Shown: piece by piece, positions 56,925 to 64,000 of the stretch
Position numbering within the stretch: the first letter of the stretch is position 1
How the letters are laid out: each line of letters starts with the position of its first letter
Source: Burkholderiales bacterium
GTDB lineage: Bacteria > Pseudomonadota > Gammaproteobacteria > Burkholderiales > JACQAP01
Direction: 5' to 3'
DNA: 64,000 nucleotides
Assembly (NCBI GenBank): GCA_046590325.1
Contig: JBKJUC010000037.1
Coordinates: forward strand, 3,457-67,456
Translations under genes and position numbers: made by a program
The notes under the pieces: model-generated
Seen by the model: the letters and a program-made list of their open reading frames with translations, nothing else
Told to the model about the DNA's origin: nothing
Databases searched by the model: none

Positions 56925-57019
56925 TCATTTTTCCACTTTCGGGAAACTTGTGCAGCAACCCTGGTTTCGGAATGATGGTTTCTTGAATAACGCTTATGCG
57001 CCCTCGTCATGGAAGCCAT

Positions 57020-58177
57020 TCAATACGAACGCGGCAGACCGAGCACATGTTCCGCTATGTGGGCAAGGATCAGGTTGGTGGATATCGGGGCGACCTGATA
57101 CAGGCGTGTTTCGCGGAATTTGCGTTCCACGTCGTATTCCGCGGCGAAGCCGAATCCGCCGTGGGTTTGCAGGCAGACGTTTGCCGCTTCCCACGACGCA
57201 TCGGCCGCCAGCATCTTGGCCATGTTGGCCTGCGCCCCGCAGGCCTGGCCGGCTTCGAACATCGCTGCCGCCTTGAATCGCATCAGGTCCGCCGCTTCGA
57301 CGTTCACATAGGCGCGCGAGATCGGAAATTGAACGCCCTGGTTCTGGCCGATGGGCCGGCCGAAAACCACTCGTTCCTTCGCATACGCTGTGGCGCGCTC
57401 GATGAACCAGTGACCGTCACCGATGCATTCGCCCGCGATGAGGATGCGCTCCGCATTCATGCCGTCGAGAATGTAGCGGAAACCTTTGCCCTCTTCGCCG
57501 ATCAGCGTGTCCGCGGGGATTTCCAGGTTATCGAAGAACACCTCGTTGGTCTCGTGATTCGGCATATTGCGGATCGGCCGCACTGTGATTGCCCCGGCCG
57601 GAGTGTTGCGCAGATCCATCAGGAAGACAGACAGGCCTTCGGATTTTTTGTGCACCTGGTCCAAGGGGGTCGTGCGCGCCAGCAGCAGCATCAGGTCGGA
57701 ATGCTGGACGCGGGAAGTCCACACCTTCTGCCCGTTGACCACGTAATGCTCGCCCTTGCGCACCGCCGTGGTCTTGAGCCGGGTGGTATCCGAACCCGTC
57801 GTGGGCTCAGTGACGGCAAACGACTGCAGCCGCAGCTTCCCCGACGCGATGTCGGGAAGGTACTTGCGCTTCTGCGCTTCGGAACCATGGCGCAGGAGCG
57901 TGCCCATGATGTACATCTGCGCGTGGCAGGCGCCCGAGTTTGCCCCGGAGCGGTTCACTTCCTCGAGGATGACCGAGGCTTCGGTGATGCCCAGCCCGGC
58001 GCCGCCGAATTCCTCGGGTATCAGCGCCGCAAGCCAGCCTGCATCGGTAAGCGCCTTCACAAATTCCTCCGGATAGGCGCGTGCCTCGTCCAGCTTGCGC
58101 CAGTACTCACCGGGATAGCCCGAGCAAAGGTCGCGCACCGCGGCGCGGATTTGCTGGTGGGATTCCTCTTTGCTCAT
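57020..58177 (-). CDS. Acyl-CoA dehydrogenase
   Basis: ACAD fold throughout (PEEFGGAGLG, FAVTEPTTGSD, QTHGGFGFAAEY). Start at the ATG at 58175-58177; the upstream TTG of the track ORF lies inside a strong hairpin. Confidence 0.88.
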   Translation of the reverse strand: MSKEESHQQIRAAVRDLCSGYPGEYWRKLDEARAYPEEFVKALTDAGWLAALIPEEFGGAGLGITEASVILEEVNRSGANSGACHAQMYIMGTLLRHGSEAQKRKYLPDIASGKLRLQSFAVTEPTTGSDTTRLKTTAVRKGEHYVVNGQKVWTSRVQHSDLMLLLARTTPLDQVHKKSEGLSVFLMDLRNTPAGAITVRPIRNMPNHETNEVFFDNLEIPADTLIGEEGKGFRYILDGMNAERILIAGECIGDGHWFIERATAYAKERVVFGRPIGQNQGVQFPISRAYVNVEAADLMRFKAAAMFEAGQACGAQANMAKMLAADASWEAANVCLQTHGGFGFAAEYDVERKFRETRLYQVAPISTNLILAHIAEHVLGLPRSY

Positions 58178-58199
58178 ATCCGTTTGCAGGGTCCCTGAA

Positions 58200-58235
58200 G
58201 TAAACAAGGCTGGCGCGATGGCCAGCCTTGTTTAC
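58200..58235 (-). terminator. Perfect 15-bp stem-loop downstream of the glutaredoxin gene (terminator-like, no U-tract)
   Basis: gtaaacaaggctggc / gcgatg / gccagccttgtttac, with its near edge 13 nt past the grx stop (58249). The flanks are not T-rich. Confidence 0.55.
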
Positions 58236-58248
58236 GGTGCGATTGCGC

Positions 58249-58557
58249 TTACTTGCCCAGCAGCTTCTGGAGTTCGCCGGACTGGTACATCTCGCGCATG
58301 ATGTCCGCGCCGCCGACGAACTGCCCGTTGACGTAGAGCTGTGGAACAGTGGGCCAGCTCGAGAACTCCTTGATGCCCTGGCGGATGTCCTGGTCGGCGA
58401 GCACGTCCACGGTAGCAACGTTCTCGACACCACAGGCTTCCAGGATCTGCACCGCTGTCGCGCTGAACCCGCACATTGGCGCATCCGGCGAGCCTTTCAT
58501 GTAGAGCACCACCGGATTACCGCTAACCTGCTGCTTGATTTTTTCCTGAGCGTTCAT
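58249..58557 (-). CDS. grxD: Monothiol glutaredoxin (Grx4 family)
   Basis: VVLYMKGSPDAPMCGFS (CGFS active site), WPTVPQLYVNGQFVGG. ATG at 58555-58557 with GGAGG 8 nt upstream. Confidence 0.92.
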   Translation of the reverse strand: MNAQEKIKQQVSGNPVVLYMKGSPDAPMCGFSATAVQILEACGVENVATVDVLADQDIRQGIKEFSSWPTVPQLYVNGQFVGGADIMREMYQSGELQKLLGK

Positions 58558-58637
58558 GCGCAATACCTCCAGAAACAGAAGGGAGTGCCCGTTCCGGATT
58601 CATTCCCGGTGTAGTCACTCCCGTTGACGCGATAATC

Positions 58638-59531
58638 TTAGCGGCTGGGCCCGCTCCGCACAAGCCGCCCGCCCGCCACCCGGGGTATTCCGGCCAGGTC
58701 GGCAAGACTGACCAGCTTGCCGAAACCCGCACCGCGCAAGAGGTCTCTGCAGGCTTCGGCCTGGTCGTAACCATGCTCGAACAGCAACCAGCCGCCGGGA
58801 TTGAGGTAATCGGACGCCTCGCTGACGATGTGGCGGATTTCATCCAGGCCGTCCTCCCCGGCTGTCAGCGCCATCGAGGGCTCGAACCGCAGGTCGCCAC
58901 GCTGCAGATGTGCATCCGCCGCCCGGATGTAGGGGGGATTGGAGGCAATCAGGTCGAAACGCCGTCCGCACATTGGGGTAAACCACGCACCCTGCAGAAA
59001 CTCGATCCGCGCCCCGAGCGCCTCTGCATTTTTGCGCGCAACTCTCAGGGCGGAGGGCGATATCTCCACCGCGGTAACCCTTGCCGCGGGCCGTTCCAGC
59101 GAGAGCGTGACCGCGATGCATCCGCTGCCGGTGCCCAGGTCGAGGACTTCGGGGAGCGACTTCGGAGGCATCTTCCCGAGCACCGCCTCGACCAGCGTCT
59201 CGGTGTCCGGACGCGGTATCAGCACATCGGGCGTGACACTGAATTCGCGCCCGTAGAACTCGCGCTTGCCGGTGAGGTAGGCTACCGGCTGTCCGACGGT
59301 TCTTTGTTTCAATAGCATGCGGAACATCCGGGCGTTGCCGGCGTCTGCCGGATCGTCGTGGTGCGCGGTCAGCCATGCCCGGGACACTCCCAGCGAATGG
59401 CCAAGCAACACTTGTACTTCGCGCCGCGCCTCTTCCACGTCAGCCTGCGGCGACAATGCGCGCACGCCCTCGTCGAGCAGGCTGCCGATGGTCAGGCCCA
59501 CTGCGGCTGGATTCAGTGCTGCAGGGCGCAT
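58638..59531 (-). CDS. prmC: Peptide chain release factor N5-glutamine methyltransferase
   Basis: LDLGTGSGCIA SAM motif and SNPPYI (NPPY). Start overlaps the prfA stop. Confidence 0.9.
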   Translation of the reverse strand: MRPAALNPAAVGLTIGSLLDEGVRALSPQADVEEARREVQVLLGHSLGVSRAWLTAHHDDPADAGNARMFRMLLKQRTVGQPVAYLTGKREFYGREFSVTPDVLIPRPDTETLVEAVLGKMPPKSLPEVLDLGTGSGCIAVTLSLERPAARVTAVEISPSALRVARKNAEALGARIEFLQGAWFTPMCGRRFDLIASNPPYIRAADAHLQRGDLRFEPSMALTAGEDGLDEIRHIVSEASDYLNPGGWLLFEHGYDQAEACRDLLRGAGFGKLVSLADLAGIPRVAGGRLVRSGPSR

Positions 59532-60628
59532 CAGGCCTGCAGCACCATGGTTTCTTCCGCCATGGCCGCAAGCAGCTCGGTCTGGTGCTCGGCCTGCAAG
59601 GCATCGATCAACTCGTCGAGCGCGCCGTCCATGATCTGGTCGATCTTGTACAGGGTCAGGTTGATGCGATGATCCGTCACCCTCCCCTGCGGGAAATTGT
59701 AGGTGCGGATGCGTTCGGAACGGTCGCCGCTTCCGATCAGGGACTTACGGGTGGCCGCCTGTTTCGCCTGTTGCTCGCGCAACTGCTTGTCCCTGATCCG
59801 GGCGGCGAGCACCGACAAAGCCTGCGCCTTATTCTTGTGCTGGGAGCGGTCGTCCTGGCACTCGACCACGATGCCCGTCGGCAGGTGCGTCACGCGCACC
59901 GCTGAATCGGTTTTGTTAATGTGCTGGCCTCCGGCGCCGGACGCGCGGAAGGTATCGATGCGCAGTTCCGCCGGATTGAGCACCACATCTTCGATCGCGT
60001 CCGCCTCCGGCATCACCGCAACCGTGCAGGCGCTGGTATGGATGCGGCCCTGGGTTTCCGTCGCCGGCACCCGCTGCACACGATGGCCGCCAGACTCGAA
60101 CTTGAGCTTGGAATAGGCGCCGAAGCCGAGGATCTTGGCAATCACTTCCTTGTAGCCGCCGAGTTCGCTCTGGCTTTCGGAAATGAGTTCGACTTTCCAT
60201 CCGGCGCGCTCGGCGTAGCGCACGTACATGCGGAACAGGTCGCCCGCGAACAGTCCGGATTCATCCCCGCCGGTGCCGGCCCGGATCTCCAGGAATATGT
60301 TGCGCTCGTCGCTGGGGTCCCTGGGCAGCAGCAGCTTCTGTAGTTCTGCTTCGATGTCGACCAGGCGCTGGCGGCCTTCGCGTACTTCCGGCTCCGCCAG
60401 CTCGCGCATCTCGGGATCGCTGGTCAGGTCCAGCGCCGCCGCGACATCCCGCTCGCTCTTCTGGTACGCATGGAACAGCTCGACCACCGGACCGATTTCA
60501 GCGTGCTCGCGGGTCAGCTTGCGATAATTATCCAGATTCCTGGTGACGTCCTCGCTGGACAGCAATGCATTGAGCTCCTCCAACCTGGCGGACAACTGCG
60601 CCAGTTTGGAGGCGATCGTCGGCTTCAT
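59531..60628 (-). CDS. prfA: Peptide chain release factor 1
   Basis: PATETQGR (the RF1-specific PxT tripeptide) and [11 protein letters not shown] (GGQ). Confidence 0.95.
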   Translation of the reverse strand: MKPTIASKLAQLSARLEELNALLSSEDVTRNLDNYRKLTREHAEIGPVVELFHAYQKSERDVAAALDLTSDPEMRELAEPEVREGRQRLVDIEAELQKLLLPRDPSDERNIFLEIRAGTGGDESGLFAGDLFRMYVRYAERAGWKVELISESQSELGGYKEVIAKILGFGAYSKLKFESGGHRVQRVPATETQGRIHTSACTVAVMPEADAIEDVVLNPAELRIDTFRASGAGGQHINKTDSAVRVTHLPTGIVVECQDDRSQHKNKAQALSVLAARIRDKQLREQQAKQAATRKSLIGSGDRSERIRTYNFPQGRVTDHRINLTLYKIDQIMDGALDELIDALQAEHQTELLAAMAEETMVLQA

Positions 60629-61878
60629 TCCTGGGTGCCGACCTGGTAGAGGCGGGCCAACGCAGCAACCAGCGCTTCGCGGTCCTTGGCTTCGGCGGCG
60701 TTGAGGGCATGCGTTGGCGCATGCAGGAATTTATTGGTCAGCGAATGGGACAATTGTTCCAGCACTTTCTGCGGATCCTCTCCCTTCGCCAGGAGCTTGG
60801 CCGCGCGCTCCAGCTCGAGCTGGCGCATGCGCTCGGCGCTGTCGCGCAGCGCGCGAATGGTCGGCACCAGCTCGCGGCTTTCCAGCCAGTGCATGAAATC
60901 GTGCACGTTGGCGCTGATGATCGCCTCGGCCTCCGCGACGGCGGCCTGGCGTGTGTCGAGGCCTTCCTGGACGATCTTGCCGAGGTCGTCTACGCTGTAC
61001 AGGAACACGTCGTCCAGTTCACCGGCTTCGACTTCGATGTCGCGCGGAACCGCCAGGTCGATCATCAGCATGGGACGGTGGCGCCGCGCCTTGATGGCGC
61101 GCTCGATCATGCCCTTGCCAAGGATCGGCAGCTGGCTCGCCGTACAGGAAACCACGATGTCGTAGTGCGACAGCTGTTCCGGCAGTTCGTTTAGCGTGAT
61201 GGCGCGGCCGCGGAAGCGCGCCGCGAGATCCTCGCCGCGCTCTATTGTCCGGTTGGAAAACGTCGTCTCACGCGGCTGTTTGGCGGCAAAATGCGCCGCG
61301 CACAATTCGATCATCTCACCTGCGCCGATGAACAGCACTCGCTGTCCGGCGATGCTTGGATAGATGCGTTCGGCAACTCTTACGGCCGCTGCCGCCATGG
61401 AAACGGAACTGGTGCCGATCTCGGTCCGCGTCCGCACTGCCTTGGCCACCGAGAATGTCGACTGGAACAGCTTGTGCAGCACTGTGCCCATCGTCCCGGC
61501 ATGCTCGGCGGATCTCACCGCATCCTTGATCTGGCCAAGAATCTGCGGTTCGCCGAGCACCATCGAATCCAGCCCGCTGGCCACACGGAATGCGTGGGCG
61601 ACCGCGCGCTCATGCGGCAGGGTGTAGAGGAAAGGTTCCAGCGACTGGGCCTTCAAGTGATGGAAGCGCGCCAGCCAGTCAATCGCCCGGCCCGGTTCAG
61701 GCGTGCTGCAATAGACCTCGGTGCGATTACAGGTCGAGATGATCGCCGCTTCCCGCACCGATTCCCGGCTGACCAGATCGTGCAATGCGTGTTCCAGATT
61801 CTCGGCGTGAAAGGTCACCTGCTCGCGGACCGCGAGCGGGGCCGTATGGTGATTCACGCCAAAGGCGAAAAGCTGCAT
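60625..61878 (-). CDS. hemA: Glutamyl-tRNA reductase
   Basis: [10 protein letters not shown] active-site Cys region and [13 protein letters not shown] motif. ATGA overlap with prfA. Confidence 0.93.
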   Translation of the reverse strand: MQLFAFGVNHHTAPLAVREQVTFHAENLEHALHDLVSRESVREAAIISTCNRTEVYCSTPEPGRAIDWLARFHHLKAQSLEPFLYTLPHERAVAHAFRVASGLDSMVLGEPQILGQIKDAVRSAEHAGTMGTVLHKLFQSTFSVAKAVRTRTEIGTSSVSMAAAAVRVAERIYPSIAGQRVLFIGAGEMIELCAAHFAAKQPRETTFSNRTIERGEDLAARFRGRAITLNELPEQLSHYDIVVSCTASQLPILGKGMIERAIKARRHRPMLMIDLAVPRDIEVEAGELDDVFLYSVDDLGKIVQEGLDTRQAAVAEAEAIISANVHDFMHWLESRELVPTIRALRDSAERMRQLELERAAKLLAKGEDPQKVLEQLSHSLTNKFLHAPTHALNAAEAKDREALVAALARLYQVGTQE

Positions 61879-61980
61879 CGAGTCTTAAGGTGGCAGAGGG
61901 CGACCCGCCCAGAGAGGCCCCTGATTATAAGGCAAATCCACGCCTTTCCCTTGGATTCAGGGCCTTGGCGAGGGAAATGA

Positions 61981-63258
61981 CTAGTGGAGCTGCCCGGGCA
62001 GCCAGGTGGTGATCGGCGGAAAAACGATGGTCAGGCCAAGGACAATCAGCGCCCAGGCCAGGAACGGCAGGATTTCCCACATGACAGGCGCAATCCGGAT
62101 CTTGCCAACGCTGGAAACCACGAACAGCAGCAGTCCGATGGGGGGATGCATCAGGCCGATCATAAGATTGAGCACCACCACTGCGCCAAACTGGATCGGA
62201 TCGATGCCCAGTTCCGCGCCGAGCGGGATCAGCACCGGCAGGAAGATAATCATCGCAGGCAGGGGCTCGATGATGCAGCCGATCAGCAGCAGGAAAGCGT
62301 TGATGATCAGCAGCACCACGACGGGATTGGTCGACCAGCCCTGGATGGTCTCGACCACGGTCTGGCTGACCTGGCTTTCCGCCACCAGCCAGCTGAACGG
62401 ACCTGCAGCCGCGAGCAGGAACAGGATGACTGCTGTGGATCGCCCGGATTCGTACAGCAGCTTGGGCAGTTCTCCAAATTTGAGGCCGCGATAGATGAAC
62501 AGGCTGACGATCAGGGCATAGATCACCGCCACCGCAGCGGCTTCCGTGTCCGTGACCAGGCCGAAACGGATGCCGCCGATGATGATGACCGGCATCAACA
62601 GCGCCCAACCGGCGCGGCCGGTTGCCGTCGCCTTGCCGCGCCAGGGCACTGGCGGACGGCTCGGATAGTTGCGCACGCGGGCAACGATGGAACACACGGC
62701 CATGAAACCTGCGGCCAGCAACAGGCCGGGCATGACCCCGGCCATGAACAGCTTCACCACCGACTGGCTGGAAAGCTGCGCGTAAACCACCATGGGGATC
62801 GACGGAGGGATGATAGGGCCGAGCAGCGCACCCGCCGCGATGACGGCGCCGGCGAAACCTTCGCCGTATTTTTCCCGCTTCATTGCCGGGATCAGCGGCT
62901 TGCCCGTTGCCACGGCATCGGCAACGGCCGAGCCGGACACACCCGCCATGATGAGGTTGGTAAGGATCGAAACGTGGCCGAGGCTGCCCTTTACGCGGCC
63001 CACGATCGCCTGCGCCCAGTCGATCAGTCGCAGGGTCAGCCCACCGCGGTTCATCAGTTCACCGGCCAGGATGAACAGCGGCACTTGCACCAGCGCGTAA
63101 GTATCGACGCTTGCGATCATGGATAGCGGCATCATCGCGGCATCGACGGCATCGCCGCGGTATTCCACGCCCAGCCACGCCGACAGGATCATGGAATAGC
63201 CCACGTCGAAGCCGATGATCAGGGCCAGCATGAAAGCGATGAACAGAATGAGTAGCAT
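61981..63258 (-). CDS. dctM: TRAP transporter large permease subunit
   Basis: 425 aa polytopic DctM-like sequence. Confidence 0.88.
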   Translation of the reverse strand: MLLILFIAFMLALIIGFDVGYSMILSAWLGVEYRGDAVDAAMMPLSMIASVDTYALVQVPLFILAGELMNRGGLTLRLIDWAQAIVGRVKGSLGHVSILTNLIMAGVSGSAVADAVATGKPLIPAMKREKYGEGFAGAVIAAGALLGPIIPPSIPMVVYAQLSSQSVVKLFMAGVMPGLLLAAGFMAVCSIVARVRNYPSRPPVPWRGKATATGRAGWALLMPVIIIGGIRFGLVTDTEAAAVAVIYALIVSLFIYRGLKFGELPKLLYESGRSTAVILFLLAAAGPFSWLVAESQVSQTVVETIQGWSTNPVVVLLIINAFLLLIGCIIEPLPAMIIFLPVLIPLGAELGIDPIQFGAVVVLNLMIGLMHPPIGLLLFVVSSVGKIRIAPVMWEILPFLAWALIVLGLTIVFPPITTWLPGQLH

Positions 63259-63261
63259 CGC

Positions 63262-63771
63262 TTACTCCACTTCCAGCGGCATGTGGCGCGGCAATTCCCG
63301 GCCGGAAAAACGCAATGCGATGCGCAGCACGAGGAACAGGACGAGGAGAATGCAGGACACGAACAGCGCGGCCGACGGCCAGACTTCTGACATTCCCGTG
63401 CCCAGACGCTCCTGATCCCGGCCAATGACCACCAGCCGCCAGCCGTTCACGCCGAGCATTACGGTAAGCCCAAGCATCATCAAGTCGAAAACGTAATCGA
63501 GAATCCGCCTCGCCTTGGCAGGCAGACGCGCATCGATCAAGTCGACCCGGATGTTGAGGCCCCCTTTCACGGCAAGTGCAAAGCCGATGAAAGTCAGCCA
63601 GACGAGAATGATCCGGGCGTAGGCGTCCGGCGCCGCCATGGGCAAGGCAATAAAGTGCCGGTCGATAAAGGTGGACGAGACGATGAGGAGCAGTGCGGCC
63701 ACGAGCACGGCGATGAGCCACTCGAGAGCACGCTCGACCAGGCGCAGCGCCTTGTCCAGGAAATCGACCAC
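63262..63771 (-). CDS. dctQ: TRAP transporter small permease subunit
   Basis: 169 aa with four TM helices, immediately upstream of dctM. GTG start. Confidence 0.8.
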   Translation of the reverse strand: MVDFLDKALRLVERALEWLIAVLVAALLLIVSSTFIDRHFIALPMAAPDAYARIILVWLTFIGFALAVKGGLNIRVDLIDARLPAKARRILDYVFDLMMLGLTVMLGVNGWRLVVIGRDQERLGTGMSEVWPSAALFVSCILLVLFLVLRIALRFSGRELPRHMPLEVE

Positions 63772-63773
63772 GA

Positions 63774-64000
63774 TTACTTCTGCGCGGCCTTGATCCGCTG
63801 CACCAGTCCCTCGGGCCAGACCTTGCCTTCGTAGCTCTTGTAAACGTTGGCCCAGGCTTTCTCGAACGCCACGCGATCGGGCACGACGTAGTTCACGCCA
63901 GCCTTCCTGAGTTCCTCGATGCCACGCTTGTCGAACTCCTCGCCCAGTTGCGTCGCGAGCTTTCCGCCTTCGGCGGCGGCGCGCTTGAACAGCGCCTTCT
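63774..64000 (-). CDS. dctP: TRAP transporter substrate-binding protein, C-terminal fragment (gene continues beyond the window)
   Basis: My own translation of the minus strand gives 75 codons without a stop (...EELRKAGVNYVVPDRVAFEKAWANVYKSYEGKVWPEGLVQRIKAAQK*). It ends at TAA 63774-63776, 2 nt before dctQ. It is absent from the ORF track because its start is outside the window. Confidence 0.6.
   Translation of the reverse strand, partial: KALFKRAAAEGGKLATQLGEEFDKRGIEELRKAGVNYVVPDRVAFEKAWANVYKSYEGKVWPEGLVQRIKAAQK

Noticed and set aside
61879-61980. A TATAAT box and an AATCCA-N10-TGGATT hairpin on the minus strand upstream of hemA, considered as a promoter and dctM terminator.
   Set aside because: No acceptable -35 hexamer lies at 16-18 nt spacing, and the hairpin lacks a U-tract. 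This is plausible but not supportable from sequence alone.
1-64000. Mobile elements, prophage or defence genes, CRISPR arrays, tRNA and rRNA genes.
   Set aside because: No transposase, integrase or recombinase-like translations appear in any frame. I saw no regularly spaced direct repeats beyond the short tandem repeats reported, and no cloverleaf-like or rRNA-like sequences in the intergenic gaps I read.

Overview
A GC-rich proteobacterial chromosomal segment, most likely betaproteobacterial judging by gene content and synteny. It holds about 60 tightly packed genes, nearly all on the minus strand, with many 1-4 nt start/stop overlaps. I recognised no rRNA, tRNA, CRISPR array, transposase or integrase.

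Most of the window is housekeeping:
- Glycine cleavage: gcvT-gcvH-gcvPA-tpx-gcvPB-dgkA.
- aroQ-accB-accC-prmA.
- Thiol/redox genes: dsbD/tlpA/cutA, a monothiol glutaredoxin (grxD), and dsbB downstream of CBS/CGL.
- ppc.
- Heme genes: hemY-hemX-hemD-hemC, and hemA-prfA-prmC.
- dps, algZ/algR-like two-component genes, and argH.
- A Liv-type ABC transporter.
- feoA-feoB plus a small Cys-rich membrane protein.
- Reverse transsulfuration (CBS, CGL).
- TRAP transporter dctPQM.

Two regions stand out.

(1) 229-12,528 is a co-directional signalling island: CHASE2-Ser/Thr kinase, PP2C phosphatase, FHA protein, CHASE2-class III cyclase, class II cNMP phosphodiesterase, a GAF-fused PilB/GspE-type ATPase with no other pilus or secretion machinery nearby, a GAF-HD-GYP protein, and a sigma54-driven type IV pilin. 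I read it as a self-contained cyclic-nucleotide plus phospho-Thr circuit controlling a pilus-type motor and c-di-GMP turnover. That is a hypothesis.

(2) 55,249-56,924 is a three-subunit (split-beta) cobalt-type nitrile hydratase / thiocyanate hydrolase-like cassette. It has a His-rich alpha N-terminus and no recognisable activator gene. It sits next to a truncated efflux-adaptor remnant and appears wedged into an acyl-CoA dehydrogenase / CoA-transferase / MaoC cluster.

The ORF track uses ATG, GTG and TTG starts, so I re-derived several starts from the nucleotide sequence. Those start coordinates are the least certain part of the calls.
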